Under the pieces are notes generated by a model. The model was given only the letters and a program-made list of their open reading frames with translations, searched no databases and was not told the DNA's origin. Below are positions 9,381-18,300 of a DNA stretch of 64,000 nt, piece by piece. How positions within the stretch are numbered: the stretch's first letter is position 1; every line of letters begins with the position of its first letter. A program made the translations under genes and the position numbers. The stretch is taken from positions 67,175 to 131,174 of the forward strand of contig JALXFE010000182.1 in the NCBI GenBank assembly GCA_027069135.1, in the 5' to 3' direction. Origin of the DNA: Thermoanaerobaculia bacterium (GTDB taxonomy: Bacteria; Acidobacteriota; Thermoanaerobaculia; Multivoradales; JAHZIX01).

Positions 9381-11174
9381 ATGAAAGTACCGGCCGCCTT
9401 GATGCTGGCCCTTTTCGCCCTGGGAGGCTGCGGCGCTGAGCCTCCCAGCGCTCCCGAAGCCGCCGACGAGGGCCGGGAGCTCGTCTCGGCCTTCCGTTTC
9501 GAGGAGGTCGGGCGAGAGTCAGGCCTCTCGTTTCACCATTTCTCCGCCGTGCGCGCAGCACTTCTACCGGAGGACAACGGGTCCGGTCTGGCCTTCGGCG
9601 ACTACGACAACGACGGCTACGACGACCTCTATCTCGCCAACCTGGCCGGCCCGGTATTGATGTCCCGCGACGAGCTCCAGGCGACCCGGGAAGGTGGCAA
9701 GCTGTACCGCAATCTGGGTGACGGAACCTTTGAAGATGTCACCGAGACGGCCGGTGTCGAGCATGTCGGGTGGGACGGCGGGGTCCTGTGGGCCGACTTC
9801 AATGGCGACGGTTGGCTCGATCTGCTGCTGACCGGGATCGACGAGATCGCCCTCTTCGAGAATCTGGGCGGCGGAACCTTCGAGGATCGAAGCGCCGCCG
9901 CCGGTCTGGGGGAGACTCCCTGCATGGCCATGGGGGCGACGGCCGGGGATTATGACCGCGATGGCGATCTCGACCTTTACGTACCCTGCTACGTGGAATT
10001 CCCCTGGGAGCGGGCGCGGGATCGCCCGTTGGTAGGGGGGCGCCCGTCCACCATGACGACACCGGCCAACTATCCACCCCAGGCCAATCGGCTTCTGCGC
10101 AACGACGGTGACGGCCGTTTCGAGGACGTTGCAGCTCCCGCCGGGGTCGCCGACCCCCAAGGGCGCGGGCTCCAGGGTACCTTCGTCGATTTCGACGGCG
10201 ACGGCTGGCAGGATCTCTATGTGGCCAACGATCAAAGCTTCGACCGGCTGTTTAGGAACTCCGCCGACGGAACCTTCGAGGACGTCACCATCCCGGCGGG
10301 CACCCGCGACCCGCGGGCGGGTATGGGGATCGGCCTGCACGACTTCGACGACAACGGCCAGGTGGACCTCTTCCTGACCCATTGGGTCGGAGAGCAGAAT
10401 GCCTTGTACCGCAATATGTCGGATGTGGGTGCCTTGCTCTTCGAGGATCGTGTCTACGAGGAGGGCCTAGGCCCCATCGCCGAAGCCCTGGTCGGTTGGG
10501 GAACGGGCTTTGCCGACTTCGATCTGGACGGATTCGAGGATCTCTTCATCGTCCATGGCTCGACGGTCGAAGACGAGTGGACCCTCGATGTTTTGAAGGA
10601 GCCGAAAATGATTCCTCAGGAGCTGATGGTCTTCGCCGGTAGCGACGATGGCTTCGAGGACGTGTCCGCCGCATCCGGAGCGATTTTCAGGGAGAGATTC
10701 GTCGGCCGAGGCATGTCCTTGGCGGATTACGACCGCGACGGGCGGGTGGATGTGGCGGTGCTGGTTCATAACGGGGAGCCCCTACTCTTGCACAACCGCT
10801 CCGAGCCCCGAGGTGGAGCCTGGCTGGGGATCCAACTGGCCAGCGGAGGCAAGAATCGCTGGGCCGTAGGGTCCAAAGTGACCGTTCACTCGACCACGGA
10901 GGACGGTTCCGCCCGCCGTCAGTCCGCCTGGCGGGTGGTGGGGGAGAGCTACGCCGGTACCCATTCGGCGACCTTGCATTTCGGTCTGGGCTCCGCCACC
11001 GCCGCTCGAGTGGAGGTACTATGGCCCGATGGCAAGATCGATCACTTCGGGCCCGTGCCCCTCGACCGAATCTTGGTGCTCCACAAGGGTTCTCCGACCT
11101 GGCATGAGCTACCCGAGGACCCCGTCGATCCCCGCCCCTGGGGGTCGCTTCCTCTCACTGAATTTGGAGACTGA
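9381..11174 (+). CDS. CRTAC1-family FG-GAP / ASPIC-UnbV lipoprotein
   Basis: GGAGG RBS; lipobox LGGC; DYDNDGYDD-type repeats; LHFGLG...VLWPDG. Confidence 0.88.
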   Translation: MKVPAALMLALFALGGCGAEPPSAPEAADEGRELVSAFRFEEVGRESGLSFHHFSAVRAALLPEDNGSGLAFGDYDNDGYDDLYLANLAGPVLMSRDELQATREGGKLYRNLGDGTFEDVTETAGVEHVGWDGGVLWADFNGDGWLDLLLTGIDEIALFENLGGGTFEDRSAAAGLGETPCMAMGATAGDYDRDGDLDLYVPCYVEFPWERARDRPLVGGRPSTMTTPANYPPQANRLLRNDGDGRFEDVAAPAGVADPQGRGLQGTFVDFDGDGWQDLYVANDQSFDRLFRNSADGTFEDVTIPAGTRDPRAGMGIGLHDFDDNGQVDLFLTHWVGEQNALYRNMSDVGALLFEDRVYEEGLGPIAEALVGWGTGFADFDLDGFEDLFIVHGSTVEDEWTLDVLKEPKMIPQELMVFAGSDDGFEDVSAASGAIFRERFVGRGMSLADYDRDGRVDVAVLVHNGEPLLLHNRSEPRGGAWLGIQLASGGKNRWAVGSKVTVHSTTEDGSARRQSAWRVVGESYAGTHSATLHFGLGSATAARVEVLWPDGKIDHFGPVPLDRILVLHKGSPTWHELPEDPVDPRPWGSLPLTEFGD

Positions 11175-11177
11175 CCT

Positions 11178-11906
11178 ATGAGATTTCCCCAAGTTTTTGT
11201 CCCGGGCGCCGAGGTGGCCCTCGTCGCCTTGAGTCTCGCCGCCTGCACTACCGCGGACAGCACGGCGCCCGGGCCCGGAACCGAGACCGCGGACACATCG
11301 AGCGCCAAGACCGTGACCGGCGGCAAGCCCTATCACGGTCTCTTGGAGTATCGGGCCAAGGACGCCAAACTCGCGTTGGTGCGCCCTACGCTGGTGACGG
11401 CCGCCGAGGCGGCCCTGGCCTCCGGAGTCCGCGTGGTCGGAGTGGCGGCGGACGGTGAGAGCCGTGCCTATCCCCTATATGTCTTGAAGAACCATCAGAT
11501 CGTCAACGATCAGGTAGGGGGAACGCCGATCGCGGCGTCCTGGTGAGCCTCCGAGCAATCGGTCGTGGTTCACGACCGCCGCGTCGGAGAGAAAGAACTG
11601 ACCCTCGGGGTCTCCGGAAAGCTGATCGATGGCAACCTCGTCATGTACGACACGGAGACGGATTCCTTATGGCACCAGGCCTCCGGGGAGGCCAAGGACG
11701 GTGAGTTAGAGGGCCAGCAGCTGGCCGAGCTACCCGCCGAGGAGTGGGGTGTGTATCGCTGGGGAGAGTGGCTCGAGCTCCATCCGGAGACCTTGGTCCT
11801 GACCTGCGCCCACTGCGAGGGTCGTGGGGAAGCCACCGGAACGATCGACGAGTTGCACCGAGAGAAGGCCGAGAGTGAGAAAGGTGATGGACATAAGGAG
11901 GGGTAG
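11178..11906 (+). CDS. DUF3179-family lipoprotein, predicted selenoprotein (Sec at UGA 11544-11546; 242 aa)
   Basis: ORFs 11178-11546 and 11565-11906 share a frame and together form one DUF3179 domain (RAYPL..L..HQIVND.VGG.PIAASW-U-...GVSGKL..GNLVMYD.ETDSLW.Q). The UGA sits at the family's Cys position and is followed by a hairpin. Lipobox LAAC. Confidence 0.85.
11549..11589 (+). promoter_or_regulatory. Bacterial SECIS-like hairpin directly 3' of the in-frame UGA
   Basis: Lower stem CTCCGA (11549-54) / TCGGAG (11584-89); upper 8-bp stem CGGTCGTG (11560-67) / CACGACCG (11571-78); apical loop GTT about 22 nt after the UGA. Confidence 0.78.
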
Positions 11907-12534
11907 CTCCGGGAGGATCCCGGGAGCTCGGAGGCGTCTCGCCGGTCCTGTTCTTCTTCTGGCGGGGTTCCTCTTCGGGGGCCTGGGCTGTGGCGCCCCG
12001 CCGTCCGACGCTCTCCCCGACGCCGCCCAGCCTGCGTCTTCGGCGGCCCAGGTCGCCCGCACGCTGCCAGGCCCTGACTTTGAGCTCCTCGGCCTCGACG
12101 GCGAGCGGCATCGTCTTTCATCCTATCGGGGCCGGATCGTACTGGTGAATTATTGGGCCACCTGGTGCCTCTCCTGCCGTGACGAGATTCCGGTGCTCAA
12201 CCGTCTGCACGAAGAATTTGCCAACCGCGGTGTCGCCATCGTCGGCGTCGCCACCGACGAAGATGCCGAGACCAAAGTCGTGCCCTACGTCGAAAAGATG
12301 GCCATGGCCTATCCCGTCCTTCTGGATCCTCAGGCGGTCAGCGCGTCGATTTTCGGCGGCTTCGCCGGCTATCCCAGTACCTTTATCCTCGATCCCCAGG
12401 GCCTGATCTACTCCTCCTATCTGGGCGCACAGGAAGAGAAGACCTTCGCCGACGACCTTCGCTACCTCCTGCAAGCTGCACCCAGCGAAGGCGCCACCCT
12501 TCCCGCGGGAGCCATTTCACACCCGGTGGAATAG
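11887..12534 (+). CDS. TlpA-family thiol:disulfide oxidoreductase (probable lipoprotein)
   Basis: GRIVLVNYWATWCLSCRDEIP thioredoxin-like motif; GYPSTFILD cis-Pro loop; LGC lipobox-like site. Start uncertain. Confidence 0.88.
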   Translation: MDIRRGSSGRIPGARRRLAGPVLLLAGFLFGGLGCGAPPSDALPDAAQPASSAAQVARTLPGPDFELLGLDGERHRLSSYRGRIVLVNYWATWCLSCRDEIPVLNRLHEEFANRGVAIVGVATDEDAETKVVPYVEKMAMAYPVLLDPQAVSASIFGGFAGYPSTFILDPQGLIYSSYLGAQEEKTFADDLRYLLQAAPSEGATLPAGAISHPVE

Positions 12535-12640
12535 GCCCTCACCAGCCCGCGAACACGGGCTGCTAGACTCCACCCCAGCCCATCTACCTGCGTCCGCAGA
12601 GAAAAATCTGGATGCCGATGACCGGAAGGATAGCGAGAGC

Positions 12641-14794
12641 ATGAGCCGACACGCGTTTCAAATCCAAGGCCTCGATTGTGCCGAGGAGGTGGCGATTCTA
12701 AAGCGTGAGCTGGGGCCCTTGGTCGGCGAGGAGTCCCTGGCCTTCGACGTCCTCCGGGGCAAGTTGACGGTCTCCGACGGTTCCGTGACGGCCCTGGAGA
12801 TTCAGCAGGCGGTGGCCCGGACGGGAATGAAAGCCGAGCCTTGGCGCTCGACGGCGGAGCAGGATGGGGAGCGGACCCGGCACCGGACTCTGCAGGGTTC
12901 CCTCACCCTGGCCAGCGGATTGGCCATGATCACTGGCTTCGGTACCCATGCCTGGTTGGCCGGCAGCGTGGTCGAGGCCCTCGGTCACCACGGAGGGCAT
13001 GTCGACGAGGGCGTGCCATGGCTCGCGCGGTGGATCTACACCCTGGCCATCGTGACCGGCGGCTGGACGATCTTTCCCAAGGCCCTCTTGTCGCTGCGCC
13101 GCCGGCGCCCGGATATGAATCTCCTCATGACCGTCGCAGTCACCGGGGCGGTGGGCATCGGCGAATGGTTCGAAGCAGCGACGGTGGCCTTTCTCTTCGC
13201 CCTTTCCAACGCCCTCGAAGCCTGGAGCGTCGGGCGAGCCCGGCGCGCTGTCGAGTCTCTGATGAATCTCTCGCCGACGACGGCCCGAATTCGCGATGCT
13301 GCCGGTGAAGAGAAGGTGCTGCCGGCGGCGGAGGTCCCGATAGGCACCCTGCTCCTGGTACATCCTGGCGAAAAGATCCCTCTCGATGGGCGGGTGATCA
13401 CCGGCGTCAGTGAAGTGGATCAGGCTCCCATCACGGGCGAGAGCCAGCCGGTGGCCAAAGAGCCCGGCGATGATGTCTTCGCCGGCACGGTCAACGGCAG
13501 CGGCGTCCTGGAAGTCGAGGCGACCCGGACGGCGGAAGATACGACCTTGGCCCACATCGTGCGGCTGGTGGAAGAAGCACGATCTCAGCGAGCGCCGAGC
13601 GAGCGCTGGGTGGAGCGATTCGCCCGCATCTACACGCCGGTCGTCATGGGGCTGGCCTTGGCCGTGGCCCTGCTGCCGCCGTTGCTCCTCGGCGGGGCTT
13701 GGGGTGTTTGGTTTTACCGGGCCCTCGTGTTGTTGGTCATCGGCTGTCCCTGCGCCTTGGTCATCTCGACACCGGTCAGCGTGGTGGCTGCTCTGACCTC
13801 CGCCGCTCGCCACGGGATCCTGGTCAAAGGGGGAGCGTTCATCGAGCTGCCGGCGCGCCTCAAGGCCATTGCCTTCGACAAGACCGGAACCCTGACCCGG
13901 GGGGAGCCGTCGGTGGTGGAAGTCGTGCCCTTAGCAGAGCATGACGAGGCCGAGCTCTTGGCCCGAGCGGTGGCCCTCGAGGCCCGAAGCCCCCATCCCA
14001 TAGCCCGGGCCATCCTGCGCTACGCCCGGGAGAAAGGGGTCTCCGCCCAGCCGGCGGAAGAGGTCCAGGCGATCCCCGGCAAGGGCATCGGAGGACTTTT
14101 CGCAGGCAAACCCTTCTGGCTGGGCTCCCACCGGTATCTGGAGGAGCGGGAGCAGGAGACGGAGGAGATTCACCAGCGCCTGGAAGCCATGTCCGACGCC
14201 GGCCAGACGATCGTCGTGGTCGGCAACGACAGCCACGTCTGCGGTTTCATCGCCGTCGCCGATGGCCTGCGTCCGGAGGCCCGGGAAGTGGTCGCCCAAC
14301 TGCGCCGGCAGGGCATTGGCCAGCTCTTGCTCCTCACCGGCGACAACCGTGGCACGGCGGCCGCCGTCGCCCGGGAAGCAGGCCTGGACGACGTCAAGGC
14401 CGAGCTCTTACCGGCGGATAAGGTCGCTGCCGTCGAGGACCTGGCGAAGGCCTATGGAGAGGTCGCCATGGTCGGGGACGGCGTCAACGACGCCCCCGCC
14501 ATGGCCCGCGCCAGCCTGGGCATCGCCATGGGTTCAGCAGGCAGCGACGCCGCCATCGAGTCGGCGGATATCGCCCTGATGGCCGACGACCTCACCAAGC
14601 TCCCCTGGTTGGTGCGCCACTCCCACCGCACCCTCTCCACCATCCGCCAGAACATCGGCTTCGCCCTCGGCCTCAAGCTCGCCGTCTTCGTCCTCGCCAC
14701 CGTAGGCTACGCCTCCCTCTGGATGGCCATCGCCGCCGACATGGGAGCCTCCCTGATCGTCATCGCCAACGGGCTGCGATTGCTGAGGGGGTGA
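12641..14794 (+). CDS. Heavy-metal translocating P1B-type ATPase (CadA/ZntA-like)
   Basis: N-terminal GLDCAEE metal-binding domain, TGES, CPCALVIS, DKTGTLT, HP, GDGVNDAP. Confidence 0.95.
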   Translation: MSRHAFQIQGLDCAEEVAILKRELGPLVGEESLAFDVLRGKLTVSDGSVTALEIQQAVARTGMKAEPWRSTAEQDGERTRHRTLQGSLTLASGLAMITGFGTHAWLAGSVVEALGHHGGHVDEGVPWLARWIYTLAIVTGGWTIFPKALLSLRRRRPDMNLLMTVAVTGAVGIGEWFEAATVAFLFALSNALEAWSVGRARRAVESLMNLSPTTARIRDAAGEEKVLPAAEVPIGTLLLVHPGEKIPLDGRVITGVSEVDQAPITGESQPVAKEPGDDVFAGTVNGSGVLEVEATRTAEDTTLAHIVRLVEEARSQRAPSERWVERFARIYTPVVMGLALAVALLPPLLLGGAWGVWFYRALVLLVIGCPCALVISTPVSVVAALTSAARHGILVKGGAFIELPARLKAIAFDKTGTLTRGEPSVVEVVPLAEHDEAELLARAVALEARSPHPIARAILRYAREKGVSAQPAEEVQAIPGKGIGGLFAGKPFWLGSHRYLEEREQETEEIHQRLEAMSDAGQTIVVVGNDSHVCGFIAVADGLRPEAREVVAQLRRQGIGQLLLLTGDNRGTAAAVAREAGLDDVKAELLPADKVAAVEDLAKAYGEVAMVGDGVNDAPAMARASLGIAMGSAGSDAAIESADIALMADDLTKLPWLVRHSHRTLSTIRQNIGFALGLKLAVFVLATVGYASLWMAIAADMGASLIVIANGLRLLRG

Positions 14795-14820
14795 GGGTCG
14801 CGGTGACCTGGGGCCTCTCC

Positions 14821-14857
14821 TTGACAGAGGAAGAGCGAGATGTCATACAAGTATGAC
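14821..14857 (+). promoter_or_regulatory. Toxin-antitoxin promoter with inverted-repeat operator
   Basis: Perfect TTGACA at 14821-26; palindrome GTCATAC-AA-GTATGAC at 14842-57 covers the expected -10 region. Confidence 0.65.
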
Positions 14858-14878
14858 GACGAGCCAAGGAGGTCTGCC

Positions 14879-15091
14879 ATGCTCTCTATACGCCTAGATT
14901 CCGAAATAGAACATCGACTGGAAGCCCTAGCGTCCAAGACGGGGCGCACGAAGTCCTACTACGCCCGCAAGGCCATCACCGAGTCGCTCGCCGAATGGGA
15001 AGATATCGCGGAAGCCATCGAGCGCCTCGAGACGCCGGGGAAGCGTCTTTCGATGGCGGAAGTAGAGAGCCGGCTTGGCCTGGACGATTGA
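14879..15091 (+). CDS. Ribbon-helix-helix antitoxin (RelB/TraY-like)
   Basis: AAGGAGG RBS; MLSIRLDSEIEHRLEALASKTGRTKSYYARKAI RHH pattern; overlaps the toxin gene. Confidence 0.88.
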   Translation: MLSIRLDSEIEHRLEALASKTGRTKSYYARKAITESLAEWEDIAEAIERLETPGKRLSMAEVESRLGLDD

Positions 15092-15341
15092 ATGGGATGA
15101 AAGAGCTGCCAAGGAGCTAGGCAAGCTCGACCGAGAAATCCAACGACGAATCCTTCGCTATCTCCGAACGCGAGTCGTCGGTCCGAGAGACCCTCGAAAG
15201 ACTGGCAAGTCCCTCGCGGGAGTCCTCTCCGGGCTCTGGCGTTACCGCGTAGGCGACTATCGGCTGATCTGTCGGCTCGAAGAACACCGGTTGGTCGTGC
15301 TGGTGATCAAAGTTGGGCATCGGCGAGGGGTGTATCGGTAG
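15075..15341 (+). CDS. relE: RelE/ParE-family type II toxin
   Basis: AAKELGKLD...PRKTGKSL.G.LSGLWRYRVGDYRLIC...VIKVGHRRGVY. Confidence 0.92.
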   Translation: MAWTIEWDERAAKELGKLDREIQRRILRYLRTRVVGPRDPRKTGKSLAGVLSGLWRYRVGDYRLICRLEEHRLVVLVIKVGHRRGVYR

Positions 15342-15374
15342 GCCGTGTTGGGCGAGCCTGCCGGCGCAGAGCCC

Positions 15375-18300
15375 TTAACCCCTCCCGCCAGTGATTCGTC
15401 TCTCGACCTCTTTCCAGGCCTTGTCAATCTGCAGGTCGACGCCGATGAACTCCAGGCGGGTGGAGGTTTCCAGTCGGTGGTAGGGGTCGTTGGTGTCGCG
15501 GACGGCGCCGAGCCAGTTGAAGGAGCCGTCGATGTACCAGCGGCGGTCGACGGCCAGGAGCTTGGAGTGGATGCGGGGCACTGGGTGGACCTCGGCACCG
15601 CATTGCCTCAAGTCTTCGGCGACTTCGGCGGCGACCTCCGGGCGGCGGTGGAGGTCGACGCAGTAGAGGATTTTTACCTCGACGCCGCGGTGGTGGGCTT
15701 GCCGTAGCGCTGCGTCGATGCCGTCCGCTTCGATGGCCCGGCGGGTCAGGTAGGGGGAGACGATGAGAACCTGCTCCTGGCTTTCGCGGAGGGCCTCCCG
15801 GAGAGCCTCGCGATGATCTTCGAGGGTTAGGAGCTGGCGGGCCGGGAGCTTGCCCGCCTCGGCCTGCCTCCACAGGTCGGGAGAAGGCGCCACATCGCCG
15901 ATCTCATTCTCCGGGACCTCGAAAATATGAGTCGCCAGGACCCCGGAAGGGCCGGGGCTCATGGGGTCGAAGAGCTCCATGTCGCCGAAGACGAGGAAGG
16001 CGTCCTTGGCACGGGAGACGGCGACGTTGAGCATGTTCTTGCCATCGTCGAAGAAGCGTTTCTTCGGTGCGGTTTCGGCGCAGTAGACGGGGGAGAAGAT
16101 CATGATCTCCCGCTCCGCCCCCTGGAAGGTGTGGACGGTACCGATTTCGGCGATGGGGACAGCGTCCTTCTTCCCGGAGCCTCCTCCCTTGCCAGCGCCT
16201 TTCCCCTCCTTCCGCCGACCGGGGGATTTCGGGGTCAGGGCCTTGATGAGCTCCGTGCGCTGGGCGGAAAAGGGGGTCACCACACCGACCAGTTCCTCGA
16301 GGGGCCGGCCGTCGTAGAAGGCTTCGATTTCCTCCCGGCGCCCATGAAGCCAGCGGGCGATGGCCCAGGCCTCCCCGGCATTGGCCCAACTGCCCCGGAC
16401 CCGCTTCGCCTCGGATCGGACGTGGGCCCAGCCGAAAGCCGGCAAGGGGCTCGAGGGCAGCGCTTCCCGATGGGGTTCCAATTGGCCGCCGTAGACCAGC
16501 TGGTTGCAGTAGCTAATGATCTGAGGCACGCATCGTCGGTGCTCGCGCAGAAAGAGCCCGTCGCGGCGCGGAGAAGCGGTCCAGCGGGTGGCCCGTTGGG
16601 CGAGGCGCAAGAGGCTGCTCGAGCTACAGCGGAAGGGATCGAGATCCTGGGAGCCGGCGTCCAGACCTGCGGCGCGGAGATTTGCCGAGTCGACTCGGCG
16701 GTGGATGCCCCAGATGGGTTCGATCTGGTGCTCGTCGCCGATGACGATGGCTCGTTTGGCCAGCGGCAGCACGGCGGCTCCGATCTCCGGCGCCACCTGT
16801 CCCGCCTCATCTACGATCAACAGATCCAGGGCACCGATCAGAGGGAAGGCGCGGCCTTCCTCCCGGTCGTAGTAGTCGAAGACCCGGGGGGAGCGGAAGA
16901 GGGTCGAGACCAGGGCCGGCGTCAGCTTGGCAAGGCGCCGAAAGCGCAGGAGACGGGCCTGGTCGAGGGGCATGGGGGCGTGTTCGCTGGCGGAGAAGAG
17001 CTCTTCCATCTCCTGCAGCCAGCGGCCCTCCCAATAACGGGCGGCGAGCTGAAAGAGCCGGTGCCTCAGGCCCACGTCGAGGAAGAGGGGAACCGCCCGG
17101 ATCGGTGACGCCGTCGACGCCAATGCCTCCGACAACGGCGACTCGGGGTCCTGAGTCGTCAGCTGCATGCGGATCCACCGCAGGAGCTCGGCCTCTTCCT
17201 CCTCGGGGGCGAGGAGAATTCTTACGTGTCGGAGCAGGGTGGTCTCGAAATTCGAGGATCCGAGCTCCGGGGTGGGCAGCTCCCGTTCGATGAGGGGCCA
17301 GCCGAGCCACCGATCCCGGCGGCGGCGAACCGCCGGGAAGAAGTCGAAGAGCTCCAGGTACCAGGGCAGGTTCCGGCAAGCTCCGAGGAGCTCGGCCCGA
17401 AGCTTGCTCCGGTCCTGATGCAGGCCCTCGAGAGCCCCCAGGCGACGATCCAGGGAGCTCGGATCCCAGGCCTTGGTCACGTCCTTGGCGGCCCGGCGGG
17501 CGGTGGACTCCAGGCGCTGTTTCAGATCTGCGGCGGAGTCCCGAAGCTGCCGTCGAAGCTCCGTCACGACTTTGTCGACGGTGAGCCCGGTAGCGCTGAA
17601 CCCCAGGACCCCTTGCGCCCGGTCGAGGTAGTGGGAATGGGCTTCCTTCACGTAGCGGGAGGTCTCCATCTCGCCCAAGGAGCCCCGCAGGGTATTGCCG
17701 GCCAATTCCGCCGTTTGGTATTTCTTCTCCGGCTCGTTGCGGGTCTGGGATGCGGCGGGAAAGAAGAGTCCGTAGGAGCGGATCTCCGGCAGCCATCGGG
17801 TCGCGAGCCCTTCTTTTTCGTTCTCAGCGGCGGCGTCGAAGCTATCCAGGACATTGGTGACCGCCTGGTTGTTGGTGGAGCAGACGTGGATCAAGGGAGG
17901 TTCGCTACCCTCGAGGGCCCGCTGTACCCACAGGGACGCCACGATGCTCTGGACGAGGGTGGTCTTGCCGGTCCCCGGCGGCCCGTTGACCGCCAGGATC
18001 TCTCCGTCGCGAAGCTCGAGAGCGCAGGCCAGACTCTGGCGTTGGGACGGGCCCAGGGGAAAGCGGCCCGTCATCTGTCCCAGGTGGGAGAGCCCCCCGC
18101 CGGCCCCCGGATCGTCCGGCCCCGCGGCGGGCTTGGCCCCCGGCGCTCGAGCTAGGCTCTGAAGGACCGCCGGAGCCGGATCTATTCCGAGGACAAAGTC
18201 CGCCAGGTCGATGAGGGGCTTGCGAAAGCCTTTCTCGATTTGTTGGACCGCAAAGCGAGGCCCCAGAACTTCGAAATCCTCAAGCTGATACTCCGAGGGC

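Noticed and set aside
1-11174. Enediyne biosynthesis implied by UnbV domains
   Set aside because: No enediyne PKS or thioesterase is in the window, and ASPIC/UnbV domains are widespread outside such clusters.
11172-11180. TGA between the CRTAC1 lipoprotein and the DUF3179 gene is also in frame (possible second read-through fusion)
   Set aside because: The downstream gene has its own RBS, ATG and lipoprotein signal. There is no SECIS-like hairpin and no conserved Cys context.
11178-11906. DUF3179 gene as a nonsense pseudogene or two small genes
   Set aside because: There is a single stop at the expected Cys position, followed by a SECIS-like hairpin, and both halves are otherwise intact. Sec recoding is the simpler explanation.
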